Assembly (NCBI GenBank): GCA_966243015.1
Contig: CBIMES010000001.1
Location: forward strand, 1-48,597
Reading direction: 5' to 3'
Length of the DNA stretch: 48,597 bases
Source: an uncultured bacterium
Lineage (GTDB): Bacteria > Patescibacteriota > Minisyncoccia > Phycocordibacterales > UBA6065
Position 1 is the stretch's first letter. Every line of letters starts with the position of its first letter. The notes beneath the pieces were generated by a model. The model was not told the origin of the DNA. It saw only the letters and a list, made by a program, of their open reading frames with translations, and did no database searches. Positions 24,135-37,006 of the stretch are shown piece after piece. The translations under genes and the position numbers were made by a program.

Positions 24135-25667
24135 TTACCTAACCAAGGGCTTTCCCGTCATTCCCTCCGGATGCCTTACACCGATGAGGGCAAGGATGGT
24201 TGGGGCGATGTCGGAGAGGCCGCCTGACACCTCGTTCGGTCCCTTCACGAAGGCGAGGTCGTCGCTCGTGATGATGGCGGGGACGGGATTGATGGTGTGG
24301 GCGGTGTGCTTCTCGCCTGTGACGGGATCAATGTTGAGCTCTGCGTTGCCGTGGTCTGCGGTTACGAAGGCGACTGCGCCGACTGACTCGACGGCCTCGA
24401 TGACTCGCTTGAGCTGTGCGTCGGTGGTCTCGATTGCCTTTACGATCGCCGGCACGTTCGCGGTGTGGCCGACCATGTCGGGATTCGCGAAGTTGATGAA
24501 GGTGAAGTTCGCCCCGGCCTTGATCTCCTCGATGGCCTTGTCGGCGATTGCCTCGGCGCGCATCTCGGGAGCCTCGTCGTGGGTCTTCACGTCCTTCCTG
24601 CTGTCGAGGAGCACGTGTTTCTCGCCGGGGTAGAGGGTCTGCACGCCTCCGTTGAGGAAGTAGGTCGCGTGAGGGAACTTCTCGGTCTCGGCGATATGGG
24701 CCTGGGTGAGGCCTGCGGCCGAAACCTCCTTTGCGATGGTGGTCTCGATGGTTGCGGGAGGGAAGGCGACGTCCGCGCCGAAGGTCTTGTCGTACTCGGT
24801 GAGGGTGACGAAGGCGAGATTGTCGGTCTTTACGCGCTCGAGCATCTTCTTCGAGATTTGGCGCGCTCGGTCAGAGCGGAAGTTGAAGAAGAAGACACCG
24901 TCGTTCTTTTGGATAGGGTAGCTCTTGCCGGTCTCGTCGAGGAAGATGACGGGCTCGAGGTGCTCGTCCATGACGCCCTTGGCGTGGAGGGCTGCGATGA
25001 CCTCGGATGGCTTGTCGCTTGGCTTGCAGACGGTGCCCTTGCACTCGAAGAGGGCCTCCTCGGCCTTCTTCACGCGGTCCCAGTTGTTATCTCGGTCCAT
25101 GGCGTAGAAGCGGCCGGTCGCGGTGGCAATGAAGCCGATGCCGGTCTTCTCAATCTCGGCCTCGAGGTCCCGAAGGAACTGCGCGGAGCTCTGCGGCGCG
25201 GTGTCGCGGCCGTCGGTGTAGACGTGAATGGCGACTTTCTCGATGCCGGCCTCCTTGGCAATCCTGAGGAAGGCGAAGAGATGGTCGCTGTGCGCGTGGA
25301 CGCCGCCGGTGCCGAGAAGGCCCTTCACGTGGAGGGTCGAGCCGTTCGCCTTCACGTGATCGAAGAGCTTCACGATCGCCGGGATCTTGCCGAACTCATT
25401 GTTCCTGATCGACTTGGCGATGCGGACGAGGTCCGTGTCGATGATCTTGCCCGCGCCGATGGTGGTGTGACCAATCTCGCTGTTGCCCATCTGGCCCGCG
25501 GGAAGGCCCACGTGCTCGCCAGAGGCCTCAAGGAGGGTATGAGGCTTGTTCGCCCAGAGAGAGTCGAAGAAGGGTTTTTTTGCGGCTGCAACGGCGTTGT
25601 TCTGAGGGTTCTCGCTATGGCCCCAGCCGTCGAGGACTATGAGCACTGCCTGCTTGAAGGTTTTCAT
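24135..25667 (-). CDS. gpmI: 2,3-bisphosphoglycerate-independent phosphoglycerate mutase
   Basis: 510 aa. LIVLDGWG, MGNSEIGHTTIGAG, ADHGNAE motifs. Confidence 0.95.
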   Translation of the reverse strand: MKTFKQAVLIVLDGWGHSENPQNNAVAAAKKPFFDSLWANKPHTLLEASGEHVGLPAGQMGNSEIGHTTIGAGKIIDTDLVRIAKSIRNNEFGKIPAIVKLFDHVKANGSTLHVKGLLGTGGVHAHSDHLFAFLRIAKEAGIEKVAIHVYTDGRDTAPQSSAQFLRDLEAEIEKTGIGFIATATGRFYAMDRDNNWDRVKKAEEALFECKGTVCKPSDKPSEVIAALHAKGVMDEHLEPVIFLDETGKSYPIQKNDGVFFFNFRSDRARQISKKMLERVKTDNLAFVTLTEYDKTFGADVAFPPATIETTIAKEVSAAGLTQAHIAETEKFPHATYFLNGGVQTLYPGEKHVLLDSRKDVKTHDEAPEMRAEAIADKAIEEIKAGANFTFINFANPDMVGHTANVPAIVKAIETTDAQLKRVIEAVESVGAVAFVTADHGNAELNIDPVTGEKHTAHTINPVPAIITSDDLAFVKGPNEVSGGLSDIAPTILALIGVRHPEGMTGKPLVR

Positions 25668-25829
25668 GGTTTTTGGGTATGTGTGAGCACATATTGTACC
25701 TCAAAGATGACGGTTGATAAGGTGCTTGACCTATCTATTTCTGAGTTGTAAGGTTTATAACAAAGCTGTTCTCTACAGCTCGGTGTCAGATCATAAACCA
25801 ACCAAAAACAAGAAGAGAAAGCGTTAACA

Positions 25830-26327
25830 ATGAATAAGCGTAGCGCCAGGAAATCGTCCACGGTATCTCAGGAAGAGCATCTCGATGGCAGAAAGGAAGA
25901 TGTCATCCTCGACGCAATGGTTCGGGACTCCAAAGGTCCCTTGTGTAGGTCCCGGGTCTCAGGTGGAATCAATTGGGAATTGCTCGGCAGGTTCTTCGAT
26001 GCCGACCAGCTCGCCTACGAAGAGTCCCTTTGTCAGCCCGCGGGACGTCGGTTTGTCCCGATTGGTGATTTCTCGGCCGATGCCGAGGAAAGTTACGGTG
26101 AGCACGGAGAGTGCGGTTGCGACGGCGAGTGCTGTTGCGAGGATGGTAAGGTTGTCCTTCGTGACTGCACCCAGTATGACCTCATGTCGATTCCCGAGGT
26201 CTTCAAGCGGCTCCTGCAGATTGTTCACAGGAGAATAACGGTGATCCGCGGAAAGTTGGTCGAGATCTTCGATCTCGTGTTCTCGTTTGAGTCGGCGGAG
26301 GAGCTTGGTTTGCTCCAGTCGGCCTGA
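25830..26327 (+). CDS. Hypothetical protein with a Cys-rich acidic cluster (GECGCDGECCCEDG)
   Basis: ORF track, 165 aa, ending 11 nt before the hairpin at 26338-26365. GC3 is clearly lower than in neighbouring genes. A competing antisense ORF (25959..26351) cannot be fully excluded. Confidence 0.35.
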   Translation: MNKRSARKSSTVSQEEHLDGRKEDVILDAMVRDSKGPLCRSRVSGGINWELLGRFFDADQLAYEESLCQPAGRRFVPIGDFSADAEESYGEHGECGCDGECCCEDGKVVLRDCTQYDLMSIPEVFKRLLQIVHRRITVIRGKLVEIFDLVFSFESAEELGLLQSA

Positions 26328-26337
26328 GCGAGGAAGC

Positions 26338-26365
26338 AAAAGCCGCCCCACAAGGGCGGCTTTTT
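26338..26365. terminator. Bidirectional terminator
   Basis: AAAAGCCGCCC-CACAA-GGGCGGCTTTT. Confidence 0.7.
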
Positions 26366-26382
26366 CATTTTTGTAGCGTGAG

Positions 26383-29821
<3,439 letters not shown>

Positions 29822-29823
<2 letters not shown>

Positions 29824-29850
29824 ACGGCTCACTGCACTGAGCCGTTTTTT
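29822..29850 (+). terminator. Intrinsic terminator
   Basis: AAACGGCTCA-CTGCAC-TGAGCCGTTT followed by TTT; overlaps the stop codon. Confidence 0.75.
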
Positions 29851-29890
29851 AGTGGCTTTTAGAGCCATTTTCCGCTAATATGGTGCAATC

Positions 29891-30862
29891 ATGGCATTCA
29901 TAGACGAAATAGACTTTCACGTAAAGGCGGGCAAGGGCGGCAACGGCGTCGTTCGCTGGCTGCACGAGAAGGGCAAGGAGTTCATGGGTCCGGCCGGCGG
30001 CAACGGCGGCAGGGGTGGAGACGTGTACTTCGAGGCTGTCCGCGACATTGGCATTCTCGCGACCTACCGAAACACCAAGCTCTTCGAGGCGGCCAACGGA
30101 GGCGACGGCGGCAAGAAGAGCATGGACGGTGCTGACGGCGAGGACCTCATCCTCAAGCTTCCGGTCGGCTCTGTCGTGTATAACCGCGACACCGAGCAGC
30201 AGTTCGAGCTTCTCAGGGAGGGCGAGCGCGTGCTCGTGCTCAAGGGTGGTCGCTACGGCCTTGGCAACGAGCATTTCAAGGCCTCGACCAACCAGCGGCC
30301 AGAGCAGACTACCGAGGGGCGCCCGGGCGAGGAGGCTGACTTCCACGTCGAGGTTCGCCTCGTCGTCGACGCGGGCTTCGTCGGTTTCCCGAACGCGGGC
30401 AAGTCGTCTCTTCTCAACGCCCTCACCAACGCGAAGTCAAAGGTTGCGTCGTACCAGTTCACTACCCTCGAGCCGTCGCTTGGCGACATGTACGGCTTCA
30501 TTCTCGCCGACATCCCGGGACTCATCGAGGGCGCGTCTGAGGGCAAGGGTCTCGGAGACAAGTTCCTCCGCCACATCTCGCGCACGAAGATGATTCTGCA
30601 CTGCATCTCCCTCGAGAACGAGGACATTGCGGCTGCCTACAAGACTATCCGCCACGAGCTCGAGGCGTATTCCGAGGAGCTCGCGTCAAAGCGAGAGTTG
30701 CTTATTCTCACCAAGACCGACCTCGTCGACGACGAGACGCTCAAGGCCAAGGTGAAGGAGGCGAAGAAGCTCAACAAGGACGTGTTTGTCGTCTCGGTCA
30801 TCAACGACGAGCAGGCGAAGGCCCTCAAGGACGATCTCGTTAAGATACTCCGAACCATCTAA
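29891..30862 (+). CDS. obg: GTPase Obg (short form without C-terminal domain)
   Basis: 323 aa. FIDEIDFHVKAGKGGNG, Gly-rich Obg fold, G1 GFPNAGKSS, G3 DIPGLIEGA, G4 TKTD. Confidence 0.93.
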   Translation: MAFIDEIDFHVKAGKGGNGVVRWLHEKGKEFMGPAGGNGGRGGDVYFEAVRDIGILATYRNTKLFEAANGGDGGKKSMDGADGEDLILKLPVGSVVYNRDTEQQFELLREGERVLVLKGGRYGLGNEHFKASTNQRPEQTTEGRPGEEADFHVEVRLVVDAGFVGFPNAGKSSLLNALTNAKSKVASYQFTTLEPSLGDMYGFILADIPGLIEGASEGKGLGDKFLRHISRTKMILHCISLENEDIAAAYKTIRHELEAYSEELASKRELLILTKTDLVDDETLKAKVKEAKKLNKDVFVVSVINDEQAKALKDDLVKILRTI

Positions 30863-30863
30863 C

Positions 30864-32312
30864 ATGAAGAACTACGTAACGACTGTCGGCCTCGAGATTC
30901 ACGCGGAGCTCAAGACCGCGACCAAGATGTTCTGCGCCTGCAAGAACGACCCGTTCTCGAGCGAGCCGAACGCGAATGTCTGTCCAGTCTGCATGGGTCA
31001 TCCGGGAACGCTGCCGGTCATCAACAAGAAGGCCGTCGAGTCGGTCCTTCGTGTGGGTCGCGCCATCGGTGCCGAGCTCGCTGACTTCACCGAGTTCGAT
31101 CGCAAGAACTACTTCTACCCAGACATTCCGAAGGGCTATCAGCTCTCGCAGTACAAGTACCCGCTCGTGAAGGGCGGATTGGTCGGCGGCGTCGCCATCA
31201 CCCGCGTTCACCTCGAGGAGGACACCGCGAGCTCGCTTCACGACACGGGCGACTACTCGCTCGTCGACTTCAACCGAGCGGGCGTGCCACTCATGGAGCT
31301 CGTGACCGAGCCCGTCATTCACTCGCCCGAGGAGGCCGGAAATTTCGGCAGGGAGCTCCAGCTTCTACTCCGAACCCTCGGCGTGTCCGAGGCGAACATG
31401 GAGAAGGGAGAGATGCGCGTCGAGGTGAACATATCGGTCGCCTCTGCGGAGGATACCGCTGCCCGAAAGTTCGGCACCAAGGTTGAGGTCAAGAACATTG
31501 CCTCGTTCAAGGCCGCCGAGAAGTCTATCGCCTACGAGACCGAACGCCATATCAAGATGATCGAGGCGGGCGAGAAGATTGTCCAGGAGACCCGTGGCTG
31601 GGACGACGCCACCGGCAAGACCTTCTCGCAGCGAAAGAAGGAGGATTCCCACGACTATCGATACTTCCCAGACCCAGACCTGCCGAAGCTCAAGATATCC
31701 GAGATTCCCGAGTTCTCGAACGAGCGGCTCGACGCCTCGCTTCCCGAGCTTCCGTGGGTCCGTCGCGAGCGCTACGCCGCTCTGGGCCTCAAGCCGCAGG
31801 AAATTTATATTTACGTAAGCATTCCCGAGGTGTCTGCCTTCTTCGAGGCGGCCTCCTCAGTATTTGGGGGCAAAAAGGAGTCAATCGCCCTGGTTTCAAA
31901 CTACATCTCGAGCGACCTTCTCGGCCTCATCAAGAAGAAGAACGGGGAGGGCAGGGAGCATCTCATTGCCTCGCTTCCGTTCGGTCCTGTCGAGTTCGCC
32001 AATCTCATCCAGATGATTGAGAAGAAGGACGTGTCGTCCCGCGGCGCGAAGGACATTCTCGCCATCATGTTTGAGGAGGGAGGTGACCCTCAGAAGATCG
32101 CCGACGAGAAGGGTCTCATTCAGAAGAGCGACGAGGGGGCAATCAAGAAGATTGCCGAGGAGGTTGTCGCCGAGAACCCTCAGGCTGTTGATGAGTACAA
32201 GAAAGGCAAGCAGGCGTCCCTCATGTTCCTCGTTGGCCAGGGCATGAAGAAGTCGAAGGGTTCGGCGAATCCGGAAATGCTCAAGGCGGCGCTTCTTGCG
32301 CTCGTTTCCTAG
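30864..32312 (+). CDS. gatB: Asp/Glu-tRNA amidotransferase subunit B
   Basis: Internal ATG of ORF 30786..32312, 2 nt after the obg stop. VGLEIHAELKT..KMFC, CPVCMGHPGTLP, NRAGVPLMELVTEP; C-terminal YqeY-like tail. Confidence 0.93.
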   Translation: MKNYVTTVGLEIHAELKTATKMFCACKNDPFSSEPNANVCPVCMGHPGTLPVINKKAVESVLRVGRAIGAELADFTEFDRKNYFYPDIPKGYQLSQYKYPLVKGGLVGGVAITRVHLEEDTASSLHDTGDYSLVDFNRAGVPLMELVTEPVIHSPEEAGNFGRELQLLLRTLGVSEANMEKGEMRVEVNISVASAEDTAARKFGTKVEVKNIASFKAAEKSIAYETERHIKMIEAGEKIVQETRGWDDATGKTFSQRKKEDSHDYRYFPDPDLPKLKISEIPEFSNERLDASLPELPWVRRERYAALGLKPQEIYIYVSIPEVSAFFEAASSVFGGKKESIALVSNYISSDLLGLIKKKNGEGREHLIASLPFGPVEFANLIQMIEKKDVSSRGAKDILAIMFEEGGDPQKIADEKGLIQKSDEGAIKKIAEEVVAENPQAVDEYKKGKQASLMFLVGQGMKKSKGSANPEMLKAALLALVS

Positions 32313-32335
32313 ACCGACTCTGCTACAATATTAGG

Positions 32336-32839
32336 ATGAAGCACAAAATACTGGCTTTCGTCCTCATTTTTGCTGCCGTGCTCGCGGCAGGGTTCGTGAT
32401 TGCAAAGAAATCAGCGTCCCAGCCTCTTTCTCCGGAGGTGTCTGACGCTCGTTCGCAGGATTCGCTCGATCGTGTCGTCGGAAGGCTCGGCGGCGAGACG
32501 TTCGACATCATGGTTGCCCGTACGGATGTCGAGCAAGAGAGGGGATTGGGAGGATTGGACGGCCTCGCCCCGAACGAGGCGATGATATTTCCGTACGAAA
32601 GGTCTGACTTCTACGGATTCTGGATGAAGGGCATGAAGTTCCCGATTGATATTGTTTGGCTGGACGAGAGTTTTCGTATCGTCCACGTCGAGGGCTCTGT
32701 CGGGGCTGATACGTACCCAAAAATCTACTCTCCGTCGGTGCCCGCACGCTCCGTCATCGAGTTTTCGGCGGGCACGATCGACCGTCTCGGGGTCTCGGTG
32801 GGAAACTTTATCGAAATAGAGGGCGCTCTCGGCCGGTAA
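32336..32839 (+). CDS. DUF192 domain protein with N-terminal signal/anchor
   Basis: 167 aa. MIFPY....FWMKGMKFPIDIVWLD motif of DUF192 (COG1430). TGcTACAAT lies 6 nt upstream of the ATG. Confidence 0.65.
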   Translation: MKHKILAFVLIFAAVLAAGFVIAKKSASQPLSPEVSDARSQDSLDRVVGRLGGETFDIMVARTDVEQERGLGGLDGLAPNEAMIFPYERSDFYGFWMKGMKFPIDIVWLDESFRIVHVEGSVGADTYPKIYSPSVPARSVIEFSAGTIDRLGVSVGNFIEIEGALGR

Positions 32840-33084
32840 AACCTCCCGCTTATTTTTTCACCACAAATTCTCCGAAAAAACACGGGGGATTTTTTGTTGT
32901 GCGACGGACTTTTTACCGCTTTGTTAAGACGTTTACGAGAATGCGGTGAACCAATGTATTTACTTTTCCCACCGCGCGTATCGTGATGATAAAATTTCCC
33001 ACCGTTCGGGTTCTGTGGAAAAAATATCTGCGTTAGAATGTATCGACGAACGGTTTATCAGCGCAGAAATTATCATTCGAGATT

Positions 33085-35967
33085 ATGAATATCTTTATCA
33101 CAAAGAGGGATGGCACGAAGGAGCCATTTAACGCCGACAAGATCAATCGATCTATCGAGCGGGCGACCGAGGGCCTCTCTGACCCAGTGGCTATGGTGAT
33201 GCAGATCGCGACCGACACGCATCTCACGCTCTACGATGGCATCACCACTACTGATCTCGACAAGGCGACCATCAACGCCGCCGTACAGAACATCCAGTAC
33301 GATACCGATTTCGACAAGGTTGCCACCCGACTCCTCCTCAAGACCATCTACAAGAAGGTCATTGGCGAGTACAACGAGGACGACAAGTCCGATCTCGAGG
33401 CAAAGCACAAGGCTGGTTTCCTGCGCTATATCTCTGACGGCATCGCCGCCAACCGCCTGCACCCTGACATAGGGAGCAAGTTCGACCTCAACCGGCTCGC
33501 CGACGCCCTTCGCATCTCGCGAGACGACATCTTCCTGTATTCCGGCCTTGATGGTCTCATGAACCGATACGGCATCCGCGACGTGGCTCAGAATATCGTC
33601 GAGACCCCGCAGTACCTTTTCATGCGCATTGCCATGGGTCTCTCGTACAACGAGGCCGACCCTACTTCGTGGGCCATCCGCTTCTACGAGAAGATGTCTC
33701 GACACGAGTTCATTGCCGGAGGCTCGACCAATCTCGGCGCGGGAACCAATCGTCCGTCCCTCTCAAACTGCTTCCTTCTCGAGATTCACGACGACATGGA
33801 GCACATCGCGAAGTCCGTCTCGGACGTGATGCTTCTTTCGAAGGGCTCTGGAGGCATCGGTGCCTCGGTCACCAAGCTTCGCGCCGCGGGATCTCCTCTC
33901 AAGTCAAACTTCGGAGGCGCCTCGACGGGTCCTACGACGTTCGCCAAGATCATCGACACCGCCATCCGCGCTATCCAGCGAGGAGGCAAGAAGAAGGGTG
34001 CCCTCTGTTTCTACATGGAGAACTGGCACCTCGACTTCCCAGACTTCATTGATTGGAAGCACAACGCGGGCGACGACTATCTCCGCATGCGAACCGCTAA
34101 CACCGCCGCTTTCCTTTCTGACGAGTTCATGAAGCGAGTCGTGTCGGGCCAGGACTGGTACATGTTCGATCCTGCCGAGACCCCGGACCTCAACGAGCTC
34201 TACGGAAGCGCCTTTTCCGCGAAGTATCAGGAGTACATCGCGAAGGCCGAGAGGGGAGAGATGCGAGCCTTCAAGAAGGTTCCCGCTACCGAGCAGTGGC
34301 GACAGATTCTCACTTCACTTCAGTCAACCTCCCATCCTTGGATTACCTGGAAGGATCCGATCAATCTCCGCGCCCTCAACAACAACACGGGCACCATTCA
34401 TATGTCTAACCTCTGTACGGAGATCTGCCTCCCGCAGGACAAGGACAATGTCGCCGTATGTAACCTCATTTCTGTAAACCTCGCCGCCCACGTGTCGAAC
34501 AAGGAGGTTAACTGGGGCAAGCTCGAGGAGTCCGTCCGCCTCGCCGTCCGACAGCTCGACAACCTTATCGACATCAACAAGCTTCCTATCCCTGAAGCCG
34601 CAAAGTCAGACAGGGAGAACCGCGCGATTGGTCTCGGCGTCATGGGTCTCGCGGATGTCTTCGAGAAGCTCGGTCTCGCGTACGACTCAGAGCACGCATG
34701 GGATTTCACCGATCGCATCTTCGAGTTCGTCTCGTACATGGCGATCGACGAGTCGGCGAACCTCGCCCAGGTCCGCGGATCGTACCCTAATTTCCAGGGT
34801 TCTCGCTGGTCGAAGGGAATGGTCCCTGTCGATACCATCAGGGAGCTCGAGGCAGATCGAGGTCGACCTATCACTGTGTCGAAGGAGTCAAAGCACAAGG
34901 GTCTCAACTGGGACCTCCTCCGCTCAAAGGTCCAGAAGGGAATGCGAAACGCGACCCTCATGGCCGTCGCCCCGAACGCGAACATCGGTCTCGTCGCGGG
35001 AACTACCCCAGGCATGGACCCACGCTTCGCCCAGGTCTTCTCTCGAAACAAGATTTCGGGAAAGTACATGGACATCAACCAGAATCTCGTGAAGGATCTC
35101 AAGAACATGGGTATCTGGGAGAAGGTTCGCGGTCAGATTATCGAGTCCCAGGGAGACATCTCAGATATCGAGGGGATTCCTCAGCACCTCAAGGATATCT
35201 ACAAGACGTCCTTTAGCACTTCACCGTTCGCCTTTATCGAGGTCGCGGCTCGAGCCCAGAAGTGGATTGATCAGGCTATCTCTCGAAACATGTACCTCGA
35301 GACTCGAGACATCGACGAGACGATGAAGATCTACACCGCCGCATGGGACAAGGGCGTGAAGACGACCTACTACCTCCACATGAAGCCTCGTCACACTGCC
35401 GAGCAGTCCACGGTCAAGGTCAATAAGGCCGCTGCTATGGGTAAGGTTGGATTCGGCGCCGTCGCCTCAAAACTTACGGCTCAGCCTGTCGAGGCACCAA
35501 AGGTTGCCGCCTTCACCGCTCCTCTCCAGAAGTCGCTCGACATCGAGCAGGCTCCTGCGGCACCTGCCTTTGCTCGCGTCGTCGAGTCGCCGATTCCTAC
35601 CCCTATCCCAACTCCGGTTTTCACGGCGCCAACGCCAGTGGCCAAGGCTCCCGAGCCAGCCTTCGTTCCTCAGCAGGCGCCCGTAGCCTCTGTGTCAGAG
35701 GCCCCTCGACCAATCGGTTTCAACATGACACCAAAGGTTGAGGTGAGGGCGGAGGCAAAGCCTGCCACTGCGTACAGGTCTCTTGCCGACATCGCGGCTG
35801 ACGTTGCGCAGCGATCGGCCTTCGCCGCAGCCCAGCAGACTTCGACCCCTGTTGCCGCAACCACTGTTTCCGCTGCACCCGCAACCAAGCCTCGTGTCAT
35901 CATGACCGCCGCAAAGACCTGCCCAACCGACCCGGCAGAGCTTGCGCAGTGTGATTCATGCCAGTAG
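33085..35967 (+). CDS. nrdA: Class Ia ribonucleotide reductase alpha subunit with N-terminal ATP-cone and an unusually long Pro/Ala-rich C-terminal linker ending in CxxC
   Basis: 960 aa. ITKRDGTKEPFNADKI (ATP-cone), NLCTEI, and the MAVAPNANIG block. Ends ...CPTDPAELAQCDSCQ. Confidence 0.93.
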   Translation: MNIFITKRDGTKEPFNADKINRSIERATEGLSDPVAMVMQIATDTHLTLYDGITTTDLDKATINAAVQNIQYDTDFDKVATRLLLKTIYKKVIGEYNEDDKSDLEAKHKAGFLRYISDGIAANRLHPDIGSKFDLNRLADALRISRDDIFLYSGLDGLMNRYGIRDVAQNIVETPQYLFMRIAMGLSYNEADPTSWAIRFYEKMSRHEFIAGGSTNLGAGTNRPSLSNCFLLEIHDDMEHIAKSVSDVMLLSKGSGGIGASVTKLRAAGSPLKSNFGGASTGPTTFAKIIDTAIRAIQRGGKKKGALCFYMENWHLDFPDFIDWKHNAGDDYLRMRTANTAAFLSDEFMKRVVSGQDWYMFDPAETPDLNELYGSAFSAKYQEYIAKAERGEMRAFKKVPATEQWRQILTSLQSTSHPWITWKDPINLRALNNNTGTIHMSNLCTEICLPQDKDNVAVCNLISVNLAAHVSNKEVNWGKLEESVRLAVRQLDNLIDINKLPIPEAAKSDRENRAIGLGVMGLADVFEKLGLAYDSEHAWDFTDRIFEFVSYMAIDESANLAQVRGSYPNFQGSRWSKGMVPVDTIRELEADRGRPITVSKESKHKGLNWDLLRSKVQKGMRNATLMAVAPNANIGLVAGTTPGMDPRFAQVFSRNKISGKYMDINQNLVKDLKNMGIWEKVRGQIIESQGDISDIEGIPQHLKDIYKTSFSTSPFAFIEVAARAQKWIDQAISRNMYLETRDIDETMKIYTAAWDKGVKTTYYLHMKPRHTAEQSTVKVNKAAAMGKVGFGAVASKLTAQPVEAPKVAAFTAPLQKSLDIEQAPAAPAFARVVESPIPTPIPTPVFTAPTPVAKAPEPAFVPQQAPVASVSEAPRPIGFNMTPKVEVRAEAKPATAYRSLADIAADVAQRSAFAAAQQTSTPVAATTVSAAPATKPRVIMTAAKTCPTDPAELAQCDSCQ

Positions 35968-36011
35968 ACTCGATTTTGCCAACAAAGTATTAAGCGCTAA
36001 ACACAAAAGAC

Positions 36012-36995
36012 ATGTCACTCATCGGAAAGACTTCTCCGGAAGATGTAAATCTCCATCCTATTCGGTACAAGTGGGCGTACGACCTCTACAACCAGGCCGT
36101 CCGAAACACCTGGTTCCCACACGAGATCGCCCTCAAGGAGGATCTCGAGGACTTCGCCAAGATGACGGAGGACGAGCGACACGCGGTTAAGTTCATCATG
36201 GCCTTCTTCAACCCGGCCGAGCTTATCGTGAACCGAACTCTCGCCCTTGGAGTGTATCCATACCTCAAGTCGCCTGAGTGTCATCTCTATATCGCGAAGC
36301 AGATGTGGGAGGAGGCGAATCACTGCGTTGCCTTCGAATATGTGCTCGAGACCTTCCCATTCGATCGAGAGACGATTTACAACACCCATCTCGAGATGCC
36401 TTCGATGCAGGCAAAGGAGGCGTACATCATGAAGTACCTCAAGCGCATGACCGAGCAGTCTCTCGACATCGAGACCGTCGAGGGCAAGAAGGACTTCATC
36501 CGAAACCTCGTCGCGTACAACATCGTCATGGAGGGAACCTGGTTCTACTCCGGCTTCATGGTCATGCTCTCGTTCCGACAGCGAAACCAGCTCCGAAACT
36601 TCGGATCGATGATCAATTGGGTGCTCCGAGACGAGTCCCTTCACCTCAAGTTCGGCATCAATCTCGTGCACGGCGTTCTCGAGGAGAACTCGGAGCTCCT
36701 TACCGAGGACTTCGCGAACGAGATTCGCCAGATTATCATCGAGGGCGTTAATCTCGAGCTCGAGTACAACAAGGATCTCTTCCCGCGAGGAATCCTCGGA
36801 CTCAACGCCGACTACGTGAACCAGTACGTCATGTACGTCGCGGATCGACGACTCGAGGAGCTCGGACTCCCGAAGTTCTACAACGCGACTAACCCTGCGA
36901 AGTGGATGTCGACCGCAACCGACGTCTTCGAGCTCGTCAACTTCTTCGAGGCTCAGAACACGAGCTACGAGGTGGACAGCGGAAAGAAGCACTAG
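36012..36995 (+). CDS. nrdB: Class I ribonucleotide reductase beta subunit
   Basis: 327 aa. Ferritin-like diiron motifs (EANHCVAFEYV; VMEGTWFYSGF; RDESLHLKF). Confidence 0.93.
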   Translation: MSLIGKTSPEDVNLHPIRYKWAYDLYNQAVRNTWFPHEIALKEDLEDFAKMTEDERHAVKFIMAFFNPAELIVNRTLALGVYPYLKSPECHLYIAKQMWEEANHCVAFEYVLETFPFDRETIYNTHLEMPSMQAKEAYIMKYLKRMTEQSLDIETVEGKKDFIRNLVAYNIVMEGTWFYSGFMVMLSFRQRNQLRNFGSMINWVLRDESLHLKFGINLVHGVLEENSELLTEDFANEIRQIIIEGVNLELEYNKDLFPRGILGLNADYVNQYVMYVADRRLEELGLPKFYNATNPAKWMSTATDVFELVNFFEAQNTSYEVDSGKKH

Positions 36996-37006
36996 AACAG
37001 AAAGCA

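Noticed and set aside
32872-32905. Possible terminator of the DUF192 gene (AAAAAACACGGGGGATTTTTT)
   Set aside because: The A-tract/T-tract pairing encloses only a G-rich loop without a GC-rich stem, which is too weak to call.
33085-35967. Intein or intron as the explanation for the long NrdA (960 aa)
   Set aside because: The extra length is a single C-terminal low-complexity Pro/Ala tract. No intein splice-junction blocks or endonuclease motifs interrupt the catalytic core.
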